64,000 nucleotides of DNA from a virus (taxonomy: Duplodnaviria > Caudoviricetes). The translations under genes were made by a program, and so were the position numbers. This document shows positions 45,117-54,768 of the stretch, one piece after another. The notes under the pieces were generated by a model, which was not told the DNA's origin, did not search any database, and saw only the letters and a program-made list of their open reading frames with translations. Location of the stretch: positions 1,337 through 65,336 of IMG/VR virus record IMGVR_UViG_3300034103_001892. One strand, given 5' to 3'. The first letter of the stretch is position 1; each line of letters opens with the position of its first letter.

Positions 45117-45923
45117 TCATCTTTGTACCACTAGCCTAATATTTCCGTCAACCTCATTACCTATGATCAGTTGTCCATAATCTCTTTGAACAAAGTAATT
45201 TTGATCAACAATATGAAAATTGTAGGGCATGGCTTGTATACAGCTTTCTAAATAAGTTACAACATCTATTAAGTTTGTTTGATCTGGATGTTTATTAAAA
45301 ATTGTATTCCAACCGGAATCTGAGGTCAGTGCTACCATGTTTGCTAAACTAAATGTAACATATCCAACGCCTCCTGGTTTTAACATACTGTAGAAGTCAT
45401 CAACGGTGCTGCTGAATTTGTCTAAAGCACAAAAGTGTAGACTGTTGATTGCAATTAGTCTATCAAAATAGTTTTGATGCCCTGCTACAAACCCCTCGTC
45501 ACATATATCGCCTATGTCAGCATCAGGGTGAAAAGGATCTATGCCAATAATGTTGTCCACAAATGGTTTCAGCAAATTTCCGCCACACCCAAGGTCGTAT
45601 ATTGGGCCGTCAAATTTCAATAAATCTTCAATATAATAAAATGTATTAAAAGTCCAATAGCTGTTGAGTTGGTTTTCTCTTGGAGTTGGAGTGTTGCCTG
45701 GTTGCCCACTGGATGTCCAAATTTCTTTTGTTGTTGGTGCTAGCTTAGACTTGATGTGTTTGTATAGGTCTGTGGTTGGAAAGTATTTGTGCCAATAATC
45801 TTCGTGGTATGGATTCTTGAGTTTTAAAGTTTTGAAAAAGGTTCTAAATTGTTCAACATCAATGGCTTTTAACCAAGATGGATCGCGGACATATTTATCA
45901 TATAACATTATAGTTTGCACCAC
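45117..45923 (-). CDS. Class I SAM methyltransferase
   Basis: IYDLGCGGN...GIDP...AINSLHF...MLKPGG. Confidence 0.75.
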   Translation of the reverse strand: MVQTIMLYDKYVRDPSWLKAIDVEQFRTFFKTLKLKNPYHEDYWHKYFPTTDLYKHIKSKLAPTTKEIWTSSGQPGNTPTPRENQLNSYWTFNTFYYIEDLLKFDGPIYDLGCGGNLLKPFVDNIIGIDPFHPDADIGDICDEGFVAGHQNYFDRLIAINSLHFCALDKFSSTVDDFYSMLKPGGVGYVTFSLANMVALTSDSGWNTIFNKHPDQTNLIDVVTYLESCIQAMPYNFHIVDQNYFVQRDYGQLIIGNEVDGNIRLVVQR

Positions 45924-46480
45924 ATAACTATTTCACCAACGCAAGTATTGTCTGGCGAATCTAAAATCAAATCCACATAATCGCATATGTTTTCTAAATC
46001 AAGCCCGTTACCAGTCCAATTACTTCGACTCTGACTCAAGGGGGTATCTAATCTATCAATAGTAAGCAGTGTGGTTTTAAATGCTACAATACCGGTTTTA
46101 AAACTTTCTGTCCACTGCAAGCTATGTGCTTTTAAACTGGCTTTTGACACTCTATAGGTTTCAAATTCAGGATCAACTGCAACAGTGCGTTCAGTGCCCA
46201 CTGACCCAATGTTGATGATATGTCCACGTTTGCCTAGTTCTTTCCAGGCCTTTGCTACTGAAAACAAAAGTTTTGTTTGAGCAAAATTTGCCCAGGATTC
46301 ATGAAAAGGTCCATCAAATGCATTGTTTACAAAGACATCATATTTTTCACTGAGTTCAACAATTTGTTTCACATTCTTGGTAATATCAAATCCTACTTCG
46401 CGACTAATACTAACTCCGTTGAAGCGATTACAAATAGCCTCACCAAGACCTCGATTGCCACCTGTTACCAGCATTTTCAT
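45908..46480 (-). CDS. Short-chain dehydrogenase/reductase (SDR)
   Basis: LVTGGNRGLG, DVFVNNA, IINIGS, YRVSK. Start at the ATGA overlap, 46480. Confidence 0.85.
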   Translation of the reverse strand: MKMLVTGGNRGLGEAICNRFNGVSISREVGFDITKNVKQIVELSEKYDVFVNNAFDGPFHESWANFAQTKLLFSVAKAWKELGKRGHIINIGSVGTERTVAVDPEFETYRVSKASLKAHSLQWTESFKTGIVAFKTTLLTIDRLDTPLSQSRSNWTGNGLDLENICDYVDLILDSPDNTCVGEIVMWCKL

Positions 46481-47601
46481 TCTTGAGCTCCTTGATCCCA
46501 TACTTTAGTAAATTTGTCACCACAAGTCATAGCACATTCAAACAGGCGTCCTTGATCAAGAGACTTGTTCCAGCTGTCTACTAAGTCTTGCCACATTGGC
46601 ACTGCAAATATATTTTCTAAACTATGATTGTGTATATTCAATTTTTGTAGTCCATAATGCTGTAAAAATTTTCTAATATGATTGTTTTTACCGATACCGC
46701 TGAGTTCGTTGGCTTCAGGCAACTGCCCGGGTTCGTTGAATCTAGCATCATATAAATTATGATTAAAAAAGTTACAGGGCAACACCAATCCTTCGCAATT
46801 GATTGCAACTTTACCACCTTGTAATGCGTCACAGGTAATTGTAGTACTATCAAAGTAATCACGCCAGCTTGTGTATTCAGCTTGTAGTTTTGGTAAACGC
46901 TTGATACTGCGATTTTGATATTCAGCCAATGATGTAGGTCGCAAATATCTTATGGTTTTACCATTGCGATTTTGCACAGGCCACTGGTCTATTGCTGTCA
47001 TTGTTTTATGATTAAAAAACCTTCCAGTGCTACGAAATTGTACGTTACAAAATCCCATTTCAAAAGACAGTTCACGTATCTTTTCTAACTCTTCTTGATT
47101 GTGTTCAAACACAATACAATTCCATTGTGCGCGACCGCCTGCGTTTATAAAAGCTTCTGCATTTTTTAAAACAGTTTTGAATTTTACATTTTGTCTGTAC
47201 ACATGATTGGTTGATGATAATCCGTCAATACCAAAATCAACTTTTCCTAGCCCATTTATGATACGAGCCATGCGTGTCCAATAAGCAGATCCGTGAACTC
47301 CGCCATTGGTATGAATATACAACCAAACGTTGGGATTTTTAGCGCGAAAGTCTTCTAATATGTCTAAAAATTCTGGATGCATGATAGGATCGCCGTAGCT
47401 ACCACAGAAGAAAATCTGTTTGCACTTTGACACTATGTCTTTGGTAAAAGCTTTGGATATCACTGCACGATCTAGATGTTTCAACGGCATGTGAGGATTG
47501 ACACCAGCGCCGTTGATATTTCTTGGACACTGCGGGCAAGCAGCGTTACAATAACTGGTTATTTCTAGTTGGTATTCAGTTATGCTATCAAGATTAAACA
47601 T
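46477..47601 (-). CDS. Radical SAM protein with SPASM/twitch-like Cys-rich C-terminus
   Basis: CNAACPQC, GDP, HTNG, GIDG, GLVLPC, ECAMTCG. Confidence 0.9.
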   Translation of the reverse strand: MFNLDSITEYQLEITSYCNAACPQCPRNINGAGVNPHMPLKHLDRAVISKAFTKDIVSKCKQIFFCGSYGDPIMHPEFLDILEDFRAKNPNVWLYIHTNGGVHGSAYWTRMARIINGLGKVDFGIDGLSSTNHVYRQNVKFKTVLKNAEAFINAGGRAQWNCIVFEHNQEELEKIRELSFEMGFCNVQFRSTGRFFNHKTMTAIDQWPVQNRNGKTIRYLRPTSLAEYQNRSIKRLPKLQAEYTSWRDYFDSTTITCDALQGGKVAINCEGLVLPCNFFNHNLYDARFNEPGQLPEANELSGIGKNNHIRKFLQHYGLQKLNIHNHSLENIFAVPMWQDLVDSWNKSLDQGRLFECAMTCGDKFTKVWDQGAQE

Positions 47602-48106
47602 CAGGTAAATCTCTAAAAAAATCTTTGGCTTCTTTTAATATTTCTTGATTGGATTTGAAAATTGTACGTTCTAATTGTGGACCAGATTTTCTGCGTTGTA
47701 TCAACCAGTCAGTGGTTGGAACCACAAAGTTCAAACTCCAGGTTCCGTTGTAGCCAAGATATAGATTTGGTTTGATGCAGGAAGGACCTGAGTCATGAGC
47801 CCAGTACACAGGATAAAACTTTCCATCCCATAGTTCAGATCTAAGTTGGATGTTATCAAACGCAATCTCTTGTATCAACACATGTTTGTCTATAGCAATG
47901 TTTCCGACTTCATCATAGGCATGATCAGTTACTTGTTTGCCATAGTGACAAATTTTCAAGGTATGAGGTCCAGGACTAACCAAAAAATCAAAACTATGAT
48001 TGTCCTGTGCCGCACCCTCGTACAGGGTTTGATAATCGTCAATGGAAATTTTTAGTTGAGGGTCGCCTAATCTACGTTCAACAAATAGTTTTACGTCAAG
48101 TTTCAA
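47594..48106 (-). CDS. Hypothetical protein (radical SAM-associated)
   Basis: 170-aa ORF overlapping both neighbours; YLGYNGTW.L.F. Confidence 0.55.
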   Translation of the reverse strand: MKLDVKLFVERRLGDPQLKISIDDYQTLYEGAAQDNHSFDFLVSPGPHTLKICHYGKQVTDHAYDEVGNIAIDKHVLIQEIAFDNIQLRSELWDGKFYPVYWAHDSGPSCIKPNLYLGYNGTWSLNFVVPTTDWLIQRRKSGPQLERTIFKSNQEILKEAKDFFRDLPDV

Positions 48107-49605
48107 TGTATGACCCCTGCATATCTTGACAATCTATCTTTGTAGCGTTCCATGAGTATTTTCATTTGATCGTCGCCTTTCCAGAACGTGTAGCCTAGAT
48201 TAACAGCGTGTTCCTGTGCTTGTATTCTACGCATTATACGTTTTTTATACGTTAGATCAGGATTGTCCAAGCTTTGCCATTCTGCACCCAGGGGTTGATC
48301 TTGATTTAGACCTTTGATGTGAAATTTTTTATACTCACGATGTATTGTTGTACCATGTTCAACTGTGAACGTTGTGTTAAAGTTAACGCCAATTATGGTC
48401 CCATCGGCAACATAGGGTTGATATTTGGTCAGCATGTCCAAAGTCTGTTGAAAATCTTCATCAGTTTCTGTTGGAAAACCCACAATCATCAACAGGTACA
48501 TTTTTATATTGTACTTGCTGTACATTTTTAAAGTAAAATCTAAATCACGATTGGTAAAGCCCTTACGCATGGCTGTGCGTACTTTGTCACTGCCGGTTTC
48601 TACTCCAATGGCCATTGCATCAGCACCGGCTCGACCCATTAACTCAAAGTCATGTTCAGTGAAATTTTTAACATGGTGAATCACAGCATGACTACTGTAA
48701 CTCAAATAACGATCTGGTAAGTTATGTTGTTTGTAGTAATCTAACAATGTTTGATTAAACTCTCTGAATACCGGAATGTCCCCATTGCACAAAGCATCAT
48801 GAAAAAAGAAGTTACGCACGCCATAGGTTTCATAGTAGTGTATGAGTTCATTGGCAAGTTTGCGACCTTGCTTTACTCTATATCCGCCTGCCATGGTGGG
48901 AATATCGCAAAACACGCATTTCCTAAAACACCCTCTACTGCTTTCCATTGGTAAAACACCGTGATCAAAACCGCTTTGATATTGATCAATTTGATAATCA
49001 CTGAAATCCATGTAGGCATGATCAGAAACCTCTGTGGTCAACGCCATGGTATCTGTGTTAATACCTTGCACGTTGTAATTGCCTTTGATAAGCTCTGGGA
49101 TGGTACTTTCTGCTTCACCGCGAATCCAATGATCAATCAAACCTAGATCTTTGAGTTCGTGTGCAAAATCTGGGCGACCGCTGTAACTGCCGTGTTCTGC
49201 ATAGATCAATCCTTGTCCACCAATTATGATTTCAGCTTGACATTGACTGCGAAGTGTTTTTAAAAACTCTCGTGTGAATCTTTGTGCTTGCCAAGTAAAC
49301 ACACTGAGAAAAATTTTTTCTGGTTTGTGTTCTAATACTTGTTCAGCACATGCTTGTAAAAACTTTGAAAAACATTGTTGAGCTGGTTGGCCAAGATTTC
49401 TATTAGGCAAGAACAAATGATCATCAATCTCAGCAAATACTTCGGGGCTAACTTGTTGGTTAAAGTCTGAAAAGTATTTTAGATTTAGATCAATTACTGT
49501 GCTGCTTTTGCCGTGTTGGTTAAGGATACTTTTTATAATCGCAGGAGCCGCTGCTGGTCTAACCGGCGCTACTCTTGGTACACTAAGTATCACAGCATAG
49601 GTCAT
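48103..49605 (-). CDS. Radical SAM protein with B12-binding-like N-terminal domain
   Basis: IIIGG...GEAE, SRGCFRKCVFCD, GVETGSD, MIVGFPTET. Confidence 0.85.
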   Translation of the reverse strand: MTYAVILSVPRVAPVRPAAAPAIIKSILNQHGKSSTVIDLNLKYFSDFNQQVSPEVFAEIDDHLFLPNRNLGQPAQQCFSKFLQACAEQVLEHKPEKIFLSVFTWQAQRFTREFLKTLRSQCQAEIIIGGQGLIYAEHGSYSGRPDFAHELKDLGLIDHWIRGEAESTIPELIKGNYNVQGINTDTMALTTEVSDHAYMDFSDYQIDQYQSGFDHGVLPMESSRGCFRKCVFCDIPTMAGGYRVKQGRKLANELIHYYETYGVRNFFFHDALCNGDIPVFREFNQTLLDYYKQHNLPDRYLSYSSHAVIHHVKNFTEHDFELMGRAGADAMAIGVETGSDKVRTAMRKGFTNRDLDFTLKMYSKYNIKMYLLMIVGFPTETDEDFQQTLDMLTKYQPYVADGTIIGVNFNTTFTVEHGTTIHREYKKFHIKGLNQDQPLGAEWQSLDNPDLTYKKRIMRRIQAQEHAVNLGYTFWKGDDQMKILMERYKDRLSRYAGVIH

Positions 49606-51359
49606 AACAAATCGTTGTTGTAATTGGTGAATCCATTTTCTTTAACAACTTTGAGAGTGTTTTCTACACGACTTGCCAAATCATCTTTGTGACTCACTAA
49701 CCAGATTGACTTGTTGCGTTCACGACTCATCTTTTTCAACAGCGCCAATCCGTTTTCAACACCCTGTGTGTCTAGGCCATTGTCCATGAGCTCGTCTATG
49801 AACAGTAGATTAATGGGTTGATACAAACTTTCCCATACATCGCGAAATGCCCAACTCATGCTTAGAATAAGTCTATTACGTTCGCCTCTTGACAGATTGT
49901 CAAAGTCAAGATCTCTTCCTAGTTCTGTGATTTCTACACTGAGATCATTTTGGAAAACCACTGTGTGCGGCAAACCAATGCGATCTAGATAGTAGGTCAA
50001 ACGTTGATTAAGATAACTTAGATTTTGATTTATAATTTTCTTTCGTACAAAACTGTCTTTGTTGGTCAGTAGCTTGATTATAAAATCTTGGTGATCTTGT
50101 AATCTTGTGAGTTCATTGAGATGATTATAGTCAACTGTTTGCAATGCTTGATGTTTCATGTCATCAATTTGTTCTTGATAAGGATCCTTTTCTGTGGATC
50201 TAGCCGCATGATCTCGGCGCAAACCTTCAAGACTGTTGCGATGATTCAGTGCTTGCTCCAGTGAGTCATAAAACACAGTTGGTGCTACGCCCAGCTCACC
50301 TTGATCGTCAAGTTCGTTTTGATGTTCGTTTTTCTGTGTGTCGTTGGTCAACAGTTGTAGTGCTAGTTCTTGTAATTCTTTTTGTTTCTTTTCTTTGACT
50401 GTGTCAAGACTGTTGTCGTGTATTTCTGTGCCACAAGCAAAGCAACGATGTTCGCTGATTTCTTCAATTTCTTTTTGAAGCTGTTTTACTTGTCGATCTA
50501 GTTTGACGTTGTCTGCCTCAATACTTTTGATCCAACGATTACACTCGTCAATGATTTTTTTCTTGCTATGAAATTCTTCAAGATCTCTATGTGCCTGTAC
50601 TTCTTGATCGATGTCTATGTGCTCAAGGCTGTCAATAGCTGTTTGAAGTTGATCACAATCTTCTTTTTGTTTTTTGAGCCACAGTGTCTGTCTCTTTTGT
50701 AAACTGACAATTTGTTCTTCAATTCTACGATTGGCTTCTTGCACAGCTCGAATTCGTAGTTCTTCACTTTGTATTTCTTCTTTGGTGGTTCGGTTTAGTT
50801 CTTTGATACGATCAGCACGTTCACTGAGCAAAGTTATACCCAACAGTTGCTCAATCATCAATCGTTGATCATTGGCTTTCATGCTCAAAAAGGGCTCGGT
50901 GTAGGTATTCAATGCAAGTATATGCTTGAACATGTCATGGCTGATGTTCAGTAGATGCTCGATTGCTTCTTGTGTTTCTCTACTGTCGCCCTGTGCGTCA
51001 TCAGTTATCGCTTGTTCTTCGTTGTTGACATAAAATTTTAGAATGTTGGGTTTACGCCCACGTTCAATTTTGTAGTCTTTGCCGTTTACAGCAAATTCTA
51101 ATGAAACCAACATGTTCTTAGCGTTGGTTTTGTTCACTAGATTGTCTTTGCGTATGTTTGACAAGGCATTGCCATACAATGCATAACTCAACGCATTTAT
51201 GATGGTGGTTTTACCAGTGCCATTACGACTACCATCGCCTCCAAGATCTAGGTTTTCTCCCAGTACCAGGGTGAGGTCACGACGATCAAAGTTTATGGCT
51301 TGGGTAGCATTGCCCACGCTCATGAAGTTTTTTACGGTAAGTGTTTTAATATTAATCAT
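49602..51359 (-). CDS. gp46: Recombination ATPase (T4 gp46 / SbcC / Rad50)
   Basis: KNFMSVGN, NGTGKTT, Zn-hook CFAC, LSRGE, LFIDE, LVSH. Confidence 0.95.
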   Translation of the reverse strand: MINIKTLTVKNFMSVGNATQAINFDRRDLTLVLGENLDLGGDGSRNGTGKTTIINALSYALYGNALSNIRKDNLVNKTNAKNMLVSLEFAVNGKDYKIERGRKPNILKFYVNNEEQAITDDAQGDSRETQEAIEHLLNISHDMFKHILALNTYTEPFLSMKANDQRLMIEQLLGITLLSERADRIKELNRTTKEEIQSEELRIRAVQEANRRIEEQIVSLQKRQTLWLKKQKEDCDQLQTAIDSLEHIDIDQEVQAHRDLEEFHSKKKIIDECNRWIKSIEADNVKLDRQVKQLQKEIEEISEHRCFACGTEIHDNSLDTVKEKKQKELQELALQLLTNDTQKNEHQNELDDQGELGVAPTVFYDSLEQALNHRNSLEGLRRDHAARSTEKDPYQEQIDDMKHQALQTVDYNHLNELTRLQDHQDFIIKLLTNKDSFVRKKIINQNLSYLNQRLTYYLDRIGLPHTVVFQNDLSVEITELGRDLDFDNLSRGERNRLILSMSWAFRDVWESLYQPINLLFIDELMDNGLDTQGVENGLALLKKMSRERNKSIWLVSHKDDLASRVENTLKVVKENGFTNYNNDLL

Positions 51360-52015
51360 TTATGTGCAAGCATGAAACGAACAGTGCCATTGAGATAGAA
51401 CCAATGAGTTACTTGTTCAAGTGGTTCCCCACGTTTGGTAGGTACGTCAAAAATCAGTATTTTGTATGGAGTACTTTCAATCATTTCATAAAATTGATCA
51501 AGCAACGTGTCAAAATCAGTGTCTGGTTTGTTACGAAGTTGATCAAAGTTAAACGTAAACAGAAATCTATCTTTTACAATGTTCATTGCAAGTTCAACTT
51601 GTTGCGGAACAAATTGCCAATCAATGAAATGAATTGAACACAATGCCATGCCAACATCATATTGTGCTGTGTGTCCTTCACTAAAGCCTGCGTCAAAAAA
51701 GTCTATGAAATCAGCTTCACTGTATACGTTGGGGTTAGGATCAAATCCAATTATGTTTGGAAACCAACGTTTCCAGGTACATTCGCCACAACCAACATCA
51801 ATCACTGATTTTGGATCATTGTCGTATAAACGGTCAATGTAATAAAAAATGTCTTTGAATCCTATTCGTTTGCCATGTTCATAAACCAAACGCGGAGTGA
51901 TTATCCAGGGAATAACAGAATCAAACACTAGATCATAATATGATTCAATTCTAGAATCTAGATCAGGAAAGTTTGTGAACTTTACTTCATTATAGTACGG
52001 ATTAATTTGTTGCAT
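51356..52015 (-). CDS. Class I SAM methyltransferase
   Basis: VIDVGCGE...NIIGFDP...ALCSIHF...NGTVR; paralogue of 45117..45923. Confidence 0.7.
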   Translation of the reverse strand: MQQINPYYNEVKFTNFPDLDSRIESYYDLVFDSVIPWIITPRLVYEHGKRIGFKDIFYYIDRLYDNDPKSVIDVGCGECTWKRWFPNIIGFDPNPNVYSEADFIDFFDAGFSEGHTAQYDVGMALCSIHFIDWQFVPQQVELAMNIVKDRFLFTFNFDQLRNKPDTDFDTLLDQFYEMIESTPYKILIFDVPTKRGEPLEQVTHWFYLNGTVRFMLAHK

Positions 52016-52023
52016 ACTAGATT

Positions 52024-52734
52024 TTACCCTATTGTAAAAGTTTTGTCTACCACAAAGTTTGCGTAATCATCTGAGTACCAATTCAGCCAACTTTTGTCAA
52101 TCATGATTCCAAACATATTGTAAATATCTTGGAATACCTTGTCATGATTAAAAAACAGATCTTCGTATGCAATGATCAAATCATAATCAATGTCAGGTTC
52201 AGGCACGTGATCGTTTCTAAAATTATTTAAATATTCTTTCCTGTTGTCTTGGTTTGGCTCAACACCAAATGCGATAAGCCACATGGTAAGGTAATCATCG
52301 TCTGCCGAAGTTGATTCTAACACAGCTGGATTGCCTGTTAGATTATAAAGTTGTTCAGCGGCGCCTTGATAATGCTCCTTAGACGGTTGTGTTGACAGCC
52401 AGACCTTTTTTTCTAATTGGGTTGCCATGTAGTCCCATAAGTTTTCGCTTTTTGGGCTGGCAATTCTAATGGCTTTCAAATCATTCAAAGTATTTCTAGC
52501 GCGATCTGTGCTGCGATGGCACGGCACAATTTCCCATAGCACAGGATCGGCCGCAATAGCCTTTGGTGTATTGTGCGGGATGAGCCAACCTTGATTAAAT
52601 CTGTCTTGAATTTTGGTTCTAGAGTTTGATCCTATGCTGTATTGTAGTGGAACACATCCCGGGCTTTTACTCAATTCTGCACAAAAACGTTCACCACCGG
52701 CACCTGCGTCGTAGTCAACCATTAACCAGGGCAT
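52024..52734 (-). CDS. Sulfotransferase-like P-loop protein
   Basis: VDYDAGAGGERF at the N-terminus; LIIAYEDLF near the C-terminus. Confidence 0.45.
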   Translation of the reverse strand: MPWLMVDYDAGAGGERFCAELSKSPGCVPLQYSIGSNSRTKIQDRFNQGWLIPHNTPKAIAADPVLWEIVPCHRSTDRARNTLNDLKAIRIASPKSENLWDYMATQLEKKVWLSTQPSKEHYQGAAEQLYNLTGNPAVLESTSADDDYLTMWLIAFGVEPNQDNRKEYLNNFRNDHVPEPDIDYDLIIAYEDLFFNHDKVFQDIYNMFGIMIDKSWLNWYSDDYANFVVDKTFTIG

Positions 52735-53750
52735 TATAGTGTGTTATAGATTTGCAACAACAAACCTCGATCATAAATGTCACTTTCAATATTGGTAATT
52801 TGATCGGTGACTATTTGGTCCACACTTTCAAACACAATATCTCCAGGAGAGAGATCTTGTTCAAAGGCATTGTTCTTGTTCGGAATCAGTGCCATTTCAC
52901 TGAGTTGATAATCTCTTATAAATGTTTCTTTGATAAAGTTGGCTTCTTCGTAGCTGATATCAATGTCTAGTTCCACACGTACATGCATCTTGGGTTTAAG
53001 TATACTTGGTGCATGATCGATTAAGTGTGCAAGCCCTAGCACACGATAAGTTGGTTGATCTGGCCATGCATGATACTCTGGTTCTTTGCCCCATTCCAAT
53101 ATCATCATACCGCGCTCGTCGTCACCTGCGTCTGCAAAATTATGTGGAAAACAATTTCCTATATAGGTTACGTTTTTCTTGGTTTGACGCTTGTGAAAAT
53201 GACCTGTGAATACATGCTCAAAGCCCCCAAGATCATCTCTACGAATTGATCCGTGATCTGGCATTTCAACCATGGCATTCATTAGATAACCTGGCAATTC
53301 AAAATGCCCAAACAAATATTTGCTTTTAAGTTTTGCTAATTTTTTATGATCATCGTTTACCAACCATGGAGCAATAACGACATCACCACTGTGTAACCAA
53401 TCATTACATATGACCACATTTGGCAGATAACGAGCCCACTCCACACTCTGAACATCGCGGCGGTCGCGATAATATAGATCATGATTGCCGGGAATAAAGT
53501 ACACACTAGAAAAGTTACTGCTGAGGTGCTCCAGTGCCCGGAGGCTATAGTTAAGAGTGACAATATTAATACTAGCCCGGTGATTGTGCCAATCTCCGAG
53601 AAATAACGCTGTTTCACACCCCTCCTCCTTTGCTTTTTGAGTGAACCATTTTATAAAATTCAAACAATCATCATTGTGGGCTTGACTATTGCTTTTCAAG
53701 CCAAAATGGATGTCTGTGCAAACTGCTGCTTTTCGAAATAGATTAGTCAT
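52734..53750 (-). CDS. gp47: Recombination endonuclease (T4 gp47 / SbcD / Mre11)
   Basis: TDIHFG, LGDW, GNHD, GHFE, GHFH metallophosphoesterase motifs. Confidence 0.95.
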   Translation of the reverse strand: MTNLFRKAAVCTDIHFGLKSNSQAHNDDCLNFIKWFTQKAKEEGCETALFLGDWHNHRASINIVTLNYSLRALEHLSSNFSSVYFIPGNHDLYYRDRRDVQSVEWARYLPNVVICNDWLHSGDVVIAPWLVNDDHKKLAKLKSKYLFGHFELPGYLMNAMVEMPDHGSIRRDDLGGFEHVFTGHFHKRQTKKNVTYIGNCFPHNFADAGDDERGMMILEWGKEPEYHAWPDQPTYRVLGLAHLIDHAPSILKPKMHVRVELDIDISYEEANFIKETFIRDYQLSEMALIPNKNNAFEQDLSPGDIVFESVDQIVTDQITNIESDIYDRGLLLQIYNTL

Positions 53751-53758
53751 AGTACAAC

Positions 53759-53787
53759 ATTATACTAGTCATCGCTGTAGTTTACAA
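53759..53787 (-). promoter_or_regulatory. sigma70-type promoter for gp47
   Basis: Minus strand TTGTAA, 17-nt spacer, TATAAT, ending 8 nt before the ATG. Confidence 0.55.
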
Positions 53788-54658
53788 CAGTAACTGGCAT
53801 ACTATTATAGTTGCCTCCGCCAGAATTCTGGCGTGTCCAACTCGGATTCAACCCGTTCATTTCAAGAATATCATCACGTATGTTTTGCATCTTCTTTTCT
53901 ATGTTTAGGATTCTAGTAAAACTGTTGGTAATTGCAGCGGTATAGTATGCAAAAGGATTCTGCGATTTTGATTCATCAAATTGCAAGCCAATTTGTGATA
54001 GCTGCAACAGAGCTTGCCCACGCATTTCTTCGTTGTAGGTGTATCCACGCCAGTTGCTTCTTGTGGCATAACGTTCGCACAGCTTCATGAGCATCAATGC
54101 TAATTTTTTTGTCATCTGCCCGTGTTCTTTACAGAATTCACCTTTGTCCACATCACCGCGCCAGTGACTTTTACCCACTAGATATGGAACTTTGTGGTCT
54201 GTGATTCTGTATTGAAAAAACGGAGGAAAGTTTACTCTTATATGCACATGATCTATAGGAGCATCCTCAATGATATCAGCCAATCCATCATCAATTTCTT
54301 CCTCAACACTGAGCAAATCTTCTATGTTTGATTTCTTCAATGAGCTTTTGGTTGGCTTTTTTGGCGCCTTGGGTATGTGTTCCCAGGTCATGATTCTAAA
54401 GACCAAATCTGTGTTTGGTATTTTCTTTGGATCAACTACTTCGCCGGTTTCGCGTTTGATTCTGTCTGCACGATTTCTTCTGGCTTCGGCTATGGTTTTT
54501 TGATTGATTTTTGCCACACTGGGCAAAATGATATCAAATTGATGATCATTGTCTGGGTCAACAAAAGCACAGTATGTGTTCTTGCTTAGATGTATTTCTT
54601 TTAATATGTCTCGGTTGTTTAGATAATTGGTTTTTGGTGCAGGTTTTGCGAGTGACAA
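53765..54658 (-). CDS. gp55: Late-transcription sigma factor (T4 gp55-like)
   Basis: NYLNNRD...NWRGYTYNEEM...FDESKSQNPFAYYT...F.R.L..EKK; lies upstream of gp47/gp46 as in T4. Confidence 0.8.
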   Translation of the reverse strand: MSLAKPAPKTNYLNNRDILKEIHLSKNTYCAFVDPDNDHQFDIILPSVAKINQKTIAEARRNRADRIKRETGEVVDPKKIPNTDLVFRIMTWEHIPKAPKKPTKSSLKKSNIEDLLSVEEEIDDGLADIIEDAPIDHVHIRVNFPPFFQYRITDHKVPYLVGKSHWRGDVDKGEFCKEHGQMTKKLALMLMKLCERYATRSNWRGYTYNEEMRGQALLQLSQIGLQFDESKSQNPFAYYTAAITNSFTRILNIEKKMQNIRDDILEMNGLNPSWTRQNSGGGNYNSMPVTVVNYSDD

Positions 54659-54677
54659 TTTTGTCTCCTAAGAAGTA

Positions 54678-54710
54678 TATTTATTGTACATTTTTTAACA
54701 GATTTGTCAA
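54678..54710 (-). promoter_or_regulatory. Overlapping sigma70-type and late (TAAATA) promoters for the gp55-like gene
   Basis: Minus strand TTGACA (54710-54705), 16-nt spacer, TACAAT (54688-54683), overlapping TAAATA (54683-54678). Confidence 0.6.
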
Positions 54711-54768
54711 CCGGACCTATGTAAATCAGCTGATTTTGGGTGAATAAATATTGTGTCAAGGAACATAT

